Shown here one piece after another: positions 39,901-52,900 of a stretch of 64,000 bases of DNA. Within the stretch, counting starts at the first letter, position 1, and each line of letters begins with the position of its first letter. The position numbers and the translations under genes were made by a program. The notes below the pieces were generated by a model. The model was not told the origin of the DNA, ran no database searches, and saw only the letters and a program-made list of their open reading frames with translations. This DNA comes from Auanema rhodensis (Eukaryota > Animalia > Nematoda), in assembly GCA_964057225.1 (NCBI GenBank), contig OZ059898.1:186001-250000 (forward strand). The letters run 5' to 3'.

Positions 39901-42900
39901 TTCACGTAAATTTCAAAGTCATGGTTACCATGCACCAATATCAATAAAAATTTGTTTTTAGACTAATATGGACATGGGGAATCTAATTTTGAAAACCGCA
40001 TCTCTTTATCTTTCACGTGAAGCGAGTTACATATCAAGTGCACATCACGTGTACATTTAATTAGCATAAATTAAAGTTCACGTAAATTTCAAAGTCATGG
40101 TTACCATTAACCAATATCAATAAAAATTTGTTTTTAGACTAATATGGACATGGGGAATCTAATTTTGAAAACCGCATCTCTTTATCTTTCACGTGAAGCG
40201 AGTTACATACCAAGTGCACATCACGTGTACATTTAATTAGCATAAATTAAAGTTCACGTAAATTTCAAAGTCATGGTTACCATGCACCAATATCAATAAA
40301 AATCTGTTTTAAGACTAATATGGACATGGGGAATCTAATTTTGAAAACCGCATCTCTTTATCTTTCACGTGAAGCGAGTTACATACCAAGTGCACATCAC
40401 GTGTACATTTAATTAGCATAAATTAAAGTTCACGTAAATTTCAAAGTCATGGTTACCATGCACCAATATCAATAAAAATTTGTTTTTAGACTAATATGGA
40501 CATGGGGAATCTAATTTTGAAAACCGCATCTCTTTATCTTTCACGTGAAGCGAGTTACATATCAAGTGCACATCACGTGTACATTTAATTAGCATAAATT
40601 AAAGTTCACGTAAATTTCAAAGTCATGGTTACCATTAACCAATATCAATAAAAATTTGTTTTTAGACTAATATGGACATGAGGAATCTAATTTTGAAAAC
40701 CGCATCTCTTTATCTTTCAAGTGAAGCGAGTTACATACCAAGTGCACATCACGTGTACATTTAATTAGCATAAATTAAAGTTCACGTAAATTTCAAAGTC
40801 ATGGTTACCATGCACCAATATCAATAAAAATTTGTTTTTAGACTAATATGGACATGGGGAATCTAATTTTGAAAACCGCATCTCTTTATCTTTCACGTGA
40901 AGCGAGTTACATACCAAGTGCACATCACGTGTACATTTAATTAGCATAAATTAAAGTTCACGTAAATTTCAAAGTCATGGTTACCATGCACCAATATCAA
41001 TAAAAATTTGTTTTTAGACTAATATGGACATGGGGAATCTAATTTTGAAAACCGCATCTCTTTATCTTTCACGTGAAGCGAGTTACATATCAAGTGCACA
41101 TCACGTGTACATTTAATTAGCATAAATTAAAGTTCACGTAAATTTCAAAGTCATGGTTACCATTAACCAATATCAATAAAAATTTGTTTTTAGACTAATA
41201 TGGACATGGGGAATCTAATTTTGAAAACCGCATCTCTTTATCTTTCACGTGAAGCGAGTTACATACCAAGTGCACATCACGTGTACATTTAATTAGCATA
41301 AATTAAAGTTCACGTAAATTTCAAAGTCATGGTTACCATGCACCAATATCAATAAAAATCTGTTTTAAGACTAATATGGACATGGGGAATCTAATTTTGA
41401 AAACCGCATCTCTTTATCTTTCACGTGAAGCGAGTTACATACCAAGTGCACATCACGTGTACATTTAATTAGCATAAATTAAAGTTCACGTAAATTTCAA
41501 AGTCATGGTTACCATGCACCAATATCAATAAAAATTTGTTTTTAGACTAATATGGACATGGGGAATCTAATTTTGAAAACCGCATCTCTTTATCTTTCAC
41601 GTGAAGCGAGTTACATATCAAGTGCACATCACGTGTACATTTAATTAGCATAAATTAAAGTTCACGTAAATTTCAAAGTCATGGTTACCATTAACCAATA
41701 TCAATAAAAATTTGTTTTTAGACTAATATGGACATGAGGAATCTAATTTTGAAAACCGCATCTCTTTATCTTTCAAGTGAAGCGAGTTACATACCAAGTG
41801 CACATCACGTGTACATTTAATTAGCATAAATTAAAGTTCACGTAAATTTCAAAGTCATGGTTACCATGCACCAATATCAATAAAAATTTGTTTTTAGACT
41901 AATATGGACATGGGGAATCTAATTTTGAAAACCGCATCTCTTTATCTTTCACGTGAAGCGAGTTACATACCAAGTGCACATCACGTGTACATTTAATTAG
42001 CATAAATTAAAGTTCACGTAAATTTCAAAGTCATGGTTACCATGCACCAATATCAATAAAAATTTGTTTTTAGACTAATATGGACATGGGGAATCTAATT
42101 TTGAAAACCGCATCTCTTTATCTTTCACGTGAAGCGAGTTCCATACCAAGTGCACATCACGTGTACATTTAATTAGCATAAATTAAAGTTCACGTAAATT
42201 TCAAAGTCATGGTTACCATTAACCAATATCAATAAAAATTTGTTTTTAGACTAATATGGACATGGGGAATCTAATTTTGAAAACCGCATCTCTTTATCTT
42301 TCACGTGAAGCGAGTTACATACCAAGTGCACATCACGTGTACATTTAATTAGCATAAATTAAAGTTCACGTAAATTTCAAAGTCATGGTTACCATGCACC
42401 AATATCAATAAAAATCTGTTTTTAGACTAATATGGACATGGGGAATCTAATATTGAAAACCGCATCTCTTTATCTTTCACGTGAAGCGAGTTACATACCA
42501 AGTGCACATCACGTGTACATTTAATTAGCATAAATTAAAGTTCACGTAAATTTCAAAGTCATGGTTACCATGCACCAATATCAATAAAAATTTGTTTTTA
42601 GACTAATATGGACATGAGGAATCTAATTTTGAAAACCGCATCTCTTTATCTTTCACGTGAAGCGAGTTACATACCAAGTGCACATCACGTGTACATTTAA
42701 TTAGCATAAATTATAGTTCACGTAAATTTCAAAGTCATGGTTACCATGCACCAATATCAATAAAAATTTGTTTTTAGACTAATATGGACATGGGGAATCT
42801 AATTTTGAAAACCGCATCTCTTTATCTTTCACGTGAAGCGAGTTACATACCAAGTGCACATCACGTGTACATTTAATTAGCATAAATTAAAGTTCACGTA

Positions 42901-45756
42901 AATTTCAAAGTCGTGGTTACCATGCACCAATATCAATAAAAATTCGTTTTTAGACTAATATGGACATGGGGAATCTAACTTTGAAAACCGCATCTCTTTA
43001 TCTTTCACGTGAAGCGAGTTACATACCAAGTGCACATCACGTGTACATTTAATTAGCATAAATTAAAGTTCACGTAAATTTCAAAGTCATGGTTACCATG
43101 CACCAATATCAATAAAAATTTGTTTTTAGACTAATATGGACATGGGGAATCTAATTTTGAAAACCGCATCTCTTTATCTTTCACGTGAAGCGAGTTACAT
43201 ATCAAGTGCACATCACGTGTACATTTAATTAGCATAAATTAAAGTTCACGTAAATTTCAAAGTCATGGTTACCATTAACCAATATCAATAAAAATTTGTT
43301 TTTAGACTAATATGGACATGGGGAATCTAATTTTGAAAACCGCATCTCTTTATCTTTCACGTGAAGCGAGTTACATACCAAGTGCACATCACGTGTACAT
43401 TTAATTAGCATAAATTAAAGTTCACGTAAATTTCAAAGTCATGGTTACCATGCACCAATATCAATAAAAATCTGTTTTTAGACTAATATGGACATGGGGA
43501 ATCTAATTTTGAAAACCGCATCTCTTTATCTTTCACGTGAAGCGAGTTACATACCAAGTGCACATCACGTGTACATTTAATTAGCATAAATTAAAGTTCA
43601 CGTAAATTTCAAAGTCATGGTTACCATGCACCAATATCAATAAAAATTTGTTTTTAGACTAATATGGACATGAGGAATCTAATTTTGAAAACCGCATCTC
43701 TTTATCTTTCACGTGAAGCGAGTTACATACCAAGTGCACATCACGTGTACATTTAATTAGCATAAATTATAGTTCACGTAAATTTCAAAGTCATGGTTAC
43801 CATGCACCAATATCAATAAAAATTTGTTTTTAGACTAATATGGACATGGGGAATCTAATTTTGAAAACCGCATCTCTTTATCTTTCACGTGAAGCGAGTT
43901 ACATACCAAGTGCACATCACGTGTACATTTAATTAGCATAAATTAAAGTTCACGTAAATTTCAAAGTCGTGGTTACCATGCACCAATATCAATAAAAATT
44001 CGTTTTTAGACTAATATGGACATGGGGAATCTAACTTTGAAAACCGCATCTCTTTATCTTTCACGTGAAGCGAGTTACATACCAAGTGCACATCACGTGT
44101 ACATTTAATTAGCATAAATTAAAGTTCACGTAAATTTCAAAGTCATGGTTACCATGCACCAATATCAATAAAAATTTGTTTTTAGACTAATATGGACATG
44201 GGCAATCTAATTTTGTAAACCGCATCTCTTTATCTTTCAAGTGAAGCGAGTTACATACCAAGTGCACATCACGTGTACATTTAATTAGCATAAATTAAAG
44301 TTCACGTAAATTTCAAAGTCATGGTTACCATGCACCAATATCAATAAAAATTTGTTTTTAGACTAATATGGACATGGGGAATCTAATTTTGAAAACCGCA
44401 TCTCTTTATCTTTCACGTGAAGCGAGTTACATATCAAGTGCACATCACGTGTACATTTAATTAGCATAAATTAAAGTTCACGTAAATTTCAAAGTCATGG
44501 TTACCATTAACCAATATCAATAAAAATTTGTTTTTAGACTAATATGGACATGGGGAATCTAATTTTGAAAACCGCATCTCTTTATCTTTCACGTGAAGCG
44601 AGTTACATACCAAGTGCACATCACGTGTACATTTAATTAGCATAAATTAAAGTTCACGTAAATTTCAAAGTCATGGTTACCATGCACCAATATCAATAAA
44701 AATCTGTTTTTAGACTAATATGGACATGGGGAATCTAATTTTGAAAACCGCATCTCTTTATCTTTCACGTGAAGCGAGTTACATACCAAGTGCACATCAC
44801 GTGTACATTTAATTAGCATAAATTAAAGTTCACGTAAATTTCAAAGTCATGGTTACCATTAACCAATATCAATAAAAATTTGTTTTTAGACTAATATGGA
44901 CATGGGGAATCTAATTTTGAAAACCGCATCTCTTTATCTTTCACGTGAAGCGAGTTACATACCAAGTGCACATCACGTGTACATTTAATTAGCATAAATT
45001 AAAGTTCACGTAAATTTCAAAGTCATGGTTACCATGCACCAATATCAATAAAAATCTGTTTTTAGACTAATATGGACATGGGGAATCTAATTTGGAAAAC
45101 CGCATCTCTTTATCTTTCACGTGAAGCGAGTTACATACCAAGTGCACATCACGTGTACATTTAATTAGCATAAATCAAAGTTCACGTAAATTTCAAAGTC
45201 ATGGTTACCATGCACCAATATCAATAAAAATTTGTTTTTAGACTAATATGGACATGGGGAATCTAATTTTGAAAACCGCATCTCTTTATCTTTCACGTGA
45301 AGCGAGTTACATACCAAGTGCACATCACGTGTACATTTAATTAGCATAAATTAAAGTTCACGTAAATTTCAAAGTCATGGTTACCATGCACCAATATCAA
45401 TAAAAATTTGTTTTTAGACTAATATGGACATGGGGAATCTAATTTTGAAAACCGCATCTCTTTATCTTTCACGTGAAGCGAGTTACATATCAAGTGCACA
45501 TCACGTGTACATTTAATTAGCATAAATTAAAGTTCACGTAAATTTCAAAGTCATGGTTACCATTAACCAATATCAATAAAAATTTGTTTTTAGACTAATA
45601 TGGACATGGGGAATCTAATTTTGAAAACCGCATCTCTTTATCTTTCAAGTGAAGCGAGTTACATACCAAGTGCACATCACGTGTACATTTAATTAGCATA
45701 AATTAAAGTTCACGTAAATTTCAAAGTCATGGTTACCATGCACCAATATCAATAAA
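21997..45756. repeat. Variant domain C, with 4-, 6-, 7- and 13-monomer HORs
   Basis: Diagnostic alleles: C86T with G160T+C161A (ACCATTAACC), T4C, T124C, G29A+A126T, G31C+A44T+C68A. It keeps the A149G/T5C/T39C module of domain B. Confidence 0.85.
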
Positions 45757-46988
45757 AATTTGTTTTTAGACTAATATGGACATGGGGAATCTAATTTTGA
45801 AAACCGCATCTCTTTATCTTTCACGTGAAGCGAGTTACATACCAAGTGCACATCACGTGTACATTTAATTAGCATAAATTAAAGTTCACGTAAATTTCAA
45901 AGTCATGGTTACCATGCACCAATATCAATAAAAATTTGTTTTTAGACTAATATGGACATGGGGAATCTAATTTTGAAAACCGCATCTCTTTATCTTTCAC
46001 GTGAAGCGAGTTACATACCAAGTGCACATCAAGTGTACATTTAATTAGCATAAATTAAAGTTCACGTAAATTTCAAAGTCATGGTTACCATGAACCAATA
46101 TCAATAAAAATTTGTTTTTAGACTAATATGGACATGGGGAATCTAATTTTGAAAACCGCATCTCTTTATCTTTCACGTGAAGCGAGTTACATACCAAGTG
46201 CACATCACGTGTACATTTAATTAGCATAAATTAAAGTTCACGTAAATTTCAAAGTCATGGTTACCATGCACCAATATCAATAAAAATTTGTTTTTAGACT
46301 AATATGGACATGGGGAATCTAATTTTGCGAACCGCATCTCTTCATCTTTCACGTGAAGCGGGTTACATACCAAGTGCACATCAAGTGTACATTTAATTAG
46401 CATAAATTAAAGTTCACGTAAATTTCAAAGTCATGGTTACCATGAACCAATATCAATAAAAATTTGTTTTTAGACTAATATGGACATGGGGAATCTAATT
46501 TTGAAAACCGCATCTCTTTATCTTTCACGTGAAGCGAGTTACATACCAAGTGCACATCACGTGTACATTTAATTAGCATAAATTAAAGTTCAAGTAAATT
46601 TCAAAGTCATGGTTACCATGCACCAATATCAATAAAAATTTGTTTTTAGACTAATATGGACATGGGGAATCTAATTTTGAAAACCGCATCTCTTTATCTT
46701 TCACGTGAAGCGAGTTACATACCAAGTGCACATCACGTGTACATTTAATTAGCATAAATTAAAGTTCACGTAAATTTCAAAGTCATGGTTACCATGCACC
46801 AATATCAATAAAAATTTGTTTTTAGACTAATATGGACATGGGGAATCTAATTTTGAAAACCGCATCTCTTTATCTTTCACGTGAAGCGAGTTACATACCA
46901 AGTGCACATCACGTGTACATTTAATTAGCATAAATTAAAGTTCACGTAAATTTCAAAGTCATGGTTACCATGCACCAATATCAATAAA

Positions 46989-49900
46989 AATTTGTTTTTA
47001 GACTAATATGGACATGGGGAATCTAATTCTGAAAACCGCATCTCTTTATCTTTCACGTGAAGCGAGTTACATACCAAGTGCACATCACGTGTACATTTAA
47101 TTAGCATAAATTAAAGTTCACGTAAATTTCAAAGTCATGGTTACCATGCACCAATATCAATAAAAATTTGTTTTTAGACTAATATGGACATGGGGGATCT
47201 AATTTTGAAAACCGCATCTCTTTATCTTTCACGTGAAGCGAGTTACATACCAAGTGCACATCACGTGTACATTTAATTAGCATAAATTAAAGTTCACGTA
47301 AATTTCAAAGTCATGGTTACCATGCACCAATATCAATAAAAATTTGTTTTTAGACTAATATGGACATGGGGAATCTAATTCTGAAAACCGCATCTCTTTA
47401 TCTTTCACGTGAAGCGAGTTACATACCAAGTGCACATCACGTGTACATTTAATTAGCATAAATTAAAGTTCACGTAAATTTCAAAGTCATGGTTACCATG
47501 CACCAATATCAATAAAAATTTGTTTTTAGACTAATATGGACATGGGGGATCTAATTTTGAAAACCGCATCTCTTTATCTTTCACGTGAAGCGAGTTACAT
47601 ACCAAGTGCACATCACGTGTACATTTAATTAGCATAAGTTAAAGTTCACGTAAATTTCAAAGTCATGGTTACCATGAACCAATATCAATAAAAATTTGTT
47701 TTTAGACTAATATGGACATGGGTTATCTAATTTTGAAAACCGCATCTCTTTATCTTTCACGTGAAGCGAGTTACATACCAAGTGCACATCACGTGTACAT
47801 TTAATTAGCATAAATTAAAGTTCACGTAAATTTCAAAGTCATGGTTACCATGCACCAATATCAATAAAAATTTGTTTTTAGACTAATATGGACATGGGGA
47901 ATCTAATTTTGAAAACCGCATCTCTTTATCTTTCACGTGAAGCGAGTTACATACCAAGTGCACATCACGTGTACATTTAATTAGCATAAATTAAAGTTCA
48001 CGTAAAATTCAAAGTCATGGTTACCATGAACCAATATCAATAAAAATTTGTTTTTAGACTAATATGGACATGGGGAATCTAATTTTGAAAACCGCATCTC
48101 TTTATCTTTCACGTGAAGCGAGTTACATACCAAGTGCACATCACGTGTACATTTAATTAGCATAAATTAAAGTTCACGTAAATTTCAAAGTCATGGTTAC
48201 CATGCACCAATATCAATAAAAATTTGTTTTTAGACTAATATGGACATGGGGGATCTAATTTTGAAAACCGCATCTCTTTATCTTTCACGTGAAGCGAGTT
48301 ACATACCAAGTGCACATCACGTGTACATTTAATTAGCATAAGTTAAAGTTCACGTAAATTTCAAAGTCATGGTTACCATGAACCAATATCAATAAAAATT
48401 TGTTTTTAGACTAATATGGACATGGGTAATCTAATTTTGAAAACCGCATCTCTTTATCTTTCACGTGAAGCGAGTTACATACCAAGTGCACATCACGTGT
48501 ACATTTAATTAGCATAAATTAAAGTTCACGTAAATTTCAAAGTCATGGTTACCATGCACCAATATCAATAAAAATTTGTTTTTAGACTAATATGGACATG
48601 GGGAATCTAATTTTGAAAACCGCATCTCTTTATCTTTCACGTGAAGCGAGTTACATACCAAGTGCACATCACGTGTACATTTAATTAGCATAAATTAAAG
48701 TTCACGTAAAATTCAAAGTCATGGTTACCATGAACCAATATCAATAAAAATTTGTTTTTAGACTAATATGGACATGGGGAATCTAATTTTGAAAACCGCA
48801 TCTCTTTATCTTTCACGTGAAGCGAGTTACATACCAAGTGCACATCACGTGTACATTTAATTAGCATAAATTAAAGTTCACGTAAATTTCAAAGTCATGG
48901 TTACCATGCACCAATATCAATAAAAATTTGTTTTTAGACTAATATGGACATGGGGAATCTAATTTTGAAAACCGTATCTCTTTATCTTTCACGTGAAGCG
49001 AGTTACATACCAAGTGCACATCACGTGTACATTTAATTAGCATAAATTAAAGTTCACGTAAATTTCAAAGTCATGGTTACCATGCACCAATATCAATAAA
49101 AATTTGTTTTTAGACTAATATGGACATGGGGAATCTAATTTTGAAAACCGCATCTCTTTATCTTTCACGTGAAGCGAGTTACATACCAAGTGCACATCAC
49201 GTGTACATTTAATTAGCATAAATTAAAGTTCACGTAAAATTCAAAGTCATGGTTACCATGAACCAATATCAATAAAAATTTGTTTTTAGACTAATATGGA
49301 CATGGGGAATCTAATTTTGAAAACCGCATCTCTTTATCTTTCACGTGAAGCGAGTTACATACCAAGTGCACATCACGTGTACATTTAATTAGCATAAATT
49401 AAAGTTCACGTAAATTTCAAAGTCATGGTTACCATGCACCAATATCAATAAAAATTTGTTTTTAGACTAATATGGACATGGGGAATCTAATTTTGAAAAC
49501 CGCATCTCTTTATCTTTCACGTGAAGCGAGTAACATACCAAGTGCACATCACGTGTACATTTAATTAGCATAAATTAAAGTTCACGTAAATTTCAAAGTC
49601 ATGGTTACCATGCACCAATATCAATAAAAATTTGTTTTTAGACTAATATGGACATGGGGAATCTAATTTTGAAAACCGTATCTCTTTATCTTTCACGTGA
49701 AGCGAGTTACATACCAAGTGCACATCACGTGTACATTTAATTAGCATAAATTAAAGTTCACGTAAATTTCAAAGTCATGGTTACCATGCACCAATATCAA
49801 TAAAAATTTGTTTTTAGACTAATATGGACATGGGGAATCTAATTTTGAAAACCGCATCTCTTTATCTTTCACGTGAAGCGAGTTACATACCAAGTGCACA

Positions 49901-52900
49901 TCACGTGTACATTTAATTAGCATAAATTAAAGTTCACGTAAAATTCAAAGTCATGGTTACCATGAACCAATATCAATAAAAATTTGTTTTTAGACTAATA
50001 TGGACATGGGGAATCTAATTTTGAAAACCGCATCTCTTTATCTTTCACGTGAAGCGAGTTACATACCAAGTGCACATCACGTGTACATTTAATTAGCATA
50101 AATTAAAGTTCACGTAAATTTCAAAGTCATGGTTACCATGCACCAATATCAATAAAAATTTGTTTTTAGACTAATATGGACATGGGGAATCTAATTTTGA
50201 AAACCGCATCTCTTTATCTTTCACGTGAAGCGAGTAACATACCAAGTGCACATCACGTGTACATTTAATTAGCATAAATTAAAGTTCACGTAAATTTCAA
50301 AGTCATGGTTACCACGCACCAATATCAATAAAAATTTGTTTTTAGACTAATATGGACATGGGGAATCTAATTTTGAAAACCGCATCTCTTTATCTTTCAC
50401 GTGAAGCGAGTTACATACCAAGTGCACATCACGTGTACATTTAATTAGCATAAATTAAAGTTCACGTAAATTTCAAAGTCATGGTTACCATGCACCAATA
50501 TCAATAAAAATTTGTTTTTAGACTAATATGGACATGGGGAATCTAATTTTGAAAACCGCATCTCTTTATCTTTCACGTGAAGCGAGTTACATACCAAGTG
50601 CACATCACGTGTACATTTAATTAGCATAAATTAAAGTTCACGTAAATTTCAAAGTCATGGTTACCATGCACCAATATCAATAAAAATTTGTTTTTAGACT
50701 AATATGGACATGGGGAATCTAATTTTGAAAACCGCATCTCTTTATCTTTCACGTGAAGCGAGTAACATACCAAGTGCACATCACGTGTACATTTAATTAG
50801 CATAAATTAAAGTTCACGTAAATTTCAAAGTCATGGTTACCACGCACCAATATCAATAAAAATTTGTTTTTAGACTAATATGGACATGGGGAATCTAATT
50901 TTGAAAACCGCATCTCTTTATCTTTCACGTGAAGCGAGTTACATACCAAGTGCACATCACGTGTACATTTAATTAGCATAAATTAAAGTTCACGTAAATT
51001 TCAAAGTCATGGTTACCATGCACCAATATCAATAAAAATTTGTTTTTAGACTAATATGGACATGGGGAATCTAATTTTGAAAACCGCATCTCTTTATCTT
51101 TCACGTGAAGCGAGTAACATACCAAGTGCACATCACGTGTACATTTAATTAGCATAAATTAAAGTTCACGTAAATTTCAAAGTCATGGTTACCACGCACC
51201 AATATCAATAAAAATTTGTTTTTAGACTAATATGGACATGGGGAATCTAATTTTGAAAACCGCATCTCTTTATCTTTCACGTGAAGCGAGTTACATACCA
51301 AGTGCACATCACGTGTACATTTAATTAGCATGAATTAAAGTTCACGTAAATTTCAAAGTCATGGTTACCATGCACCAATATCAATAAAAATTTGTTTTTA
51401 GACTAATATGGACATGGGGAATCTAATTTTGAAAACCGCTTCTCTTTATCTTTCACGTGAAGCGAGTTACATACCAAGTGCACATCACGTGTACATTTAA
51501 TTAGCATAAATTAAAGTTCACGTAAATTTCAAAGTCATGGTTACCATGCACCAATATCAATAAAAATTTGTTTTTAGACTAATATGGACATGGGGAATCT
51601 AATTTTGAAAACCGCATCTCTTTATCTTTCACGTGAAGCGAGTTACATACCAAGTGCACATCACGTGTACATTTAATTAGCATAAATTAAAGTTCACGTA
51701 AATTTCAAAGTCATGGTTACCATGCACCAATATCAATAAAAATTTGTTTTTAGACTAATATGGACATGGGGAATCTAATTTTGAAAACCGCATCTCTTTA
51801 TCTTTCACGTGAAGCGAGTTACATACCAAGTGCACATCACGTGTACATTTAATTAGCATAAATTAAAGTTCACGTAAATTTCAAAGTCATGGTTACCATG
51901 CACCAATATCAATAAAAATTTGTTTTTAGACTAATATGGACATGGGGAATCTAATTTTGAAAACCGCATCTCTTTATCTTTCACGTGAAGCGAGTAACAT
52001 ACCAAGTGCACATCACGTGTACATTTAATTAGCATAAATTAAAGTTCACGTAAATTTCAAAGTCATGGTTACCACGCACCAATATCAATAAAAATTTGTT
52101 TTTAGACTAATATGGACATGGGGAATCTAATTTTGAAAACCGCATCTCTTTATCTTTCACGTGAAGCGAGTTACATACCAAGTGCACATCACGTGTACAT
52201 TTAATTAGCATGAATTAAAGTTCACGTAAATTTCAAAGTCATGGTTACCATGCACCAATATCAATAAAAATTTGTTTTTAGACTAATATGGACATGGGGA
52301 ATCTAATTTTGAAAACCGCTTCTCTTTATCTTTCACGTGAAGCGAGTTACATACCAAGTGCACATCACGTGTACATTTAATTAGCATAAATTAAAGTTCA
52401 CGTAAATTTCAAAGTCATGGTTACCATGCACCAATATCAATAAAAATTTGTTTTTAGACTAATATGGACATGGGGAATCTAATTTTGAAAACCGCATCTC
52501 TTTATCTTTCACGTGAAGCGAGTTACATACCAAGTGCACATCACGTGTACATTTAATTAGCATAAATTAAAGTTCACGTAAATTTCAAAGTCATGGTTAC
52601 CATGCACCAATATCAATAAAATTTTGTTTTTAGACTAATATGGACATGGGGGATCTAATTTTGAAAACCGCATCTCTTTATCTTTCACGTGAAGCGAGTT
52701 ACATACCAAGTGCACATCACGTGTACATTTAATTAGCATAAATTAAAGTTCACGTAAATTTCAAAGTCATGGTTACCATGAACCAATATCAATAAAAATT
52801 TGTTTTTAGACTAATATGGACATGGGTAATCTAATTTTGAAAACCGCATCTCTTTATCTTTCACGTGAAGCGAGTTACATACCAAGTGCACATCACGTGT

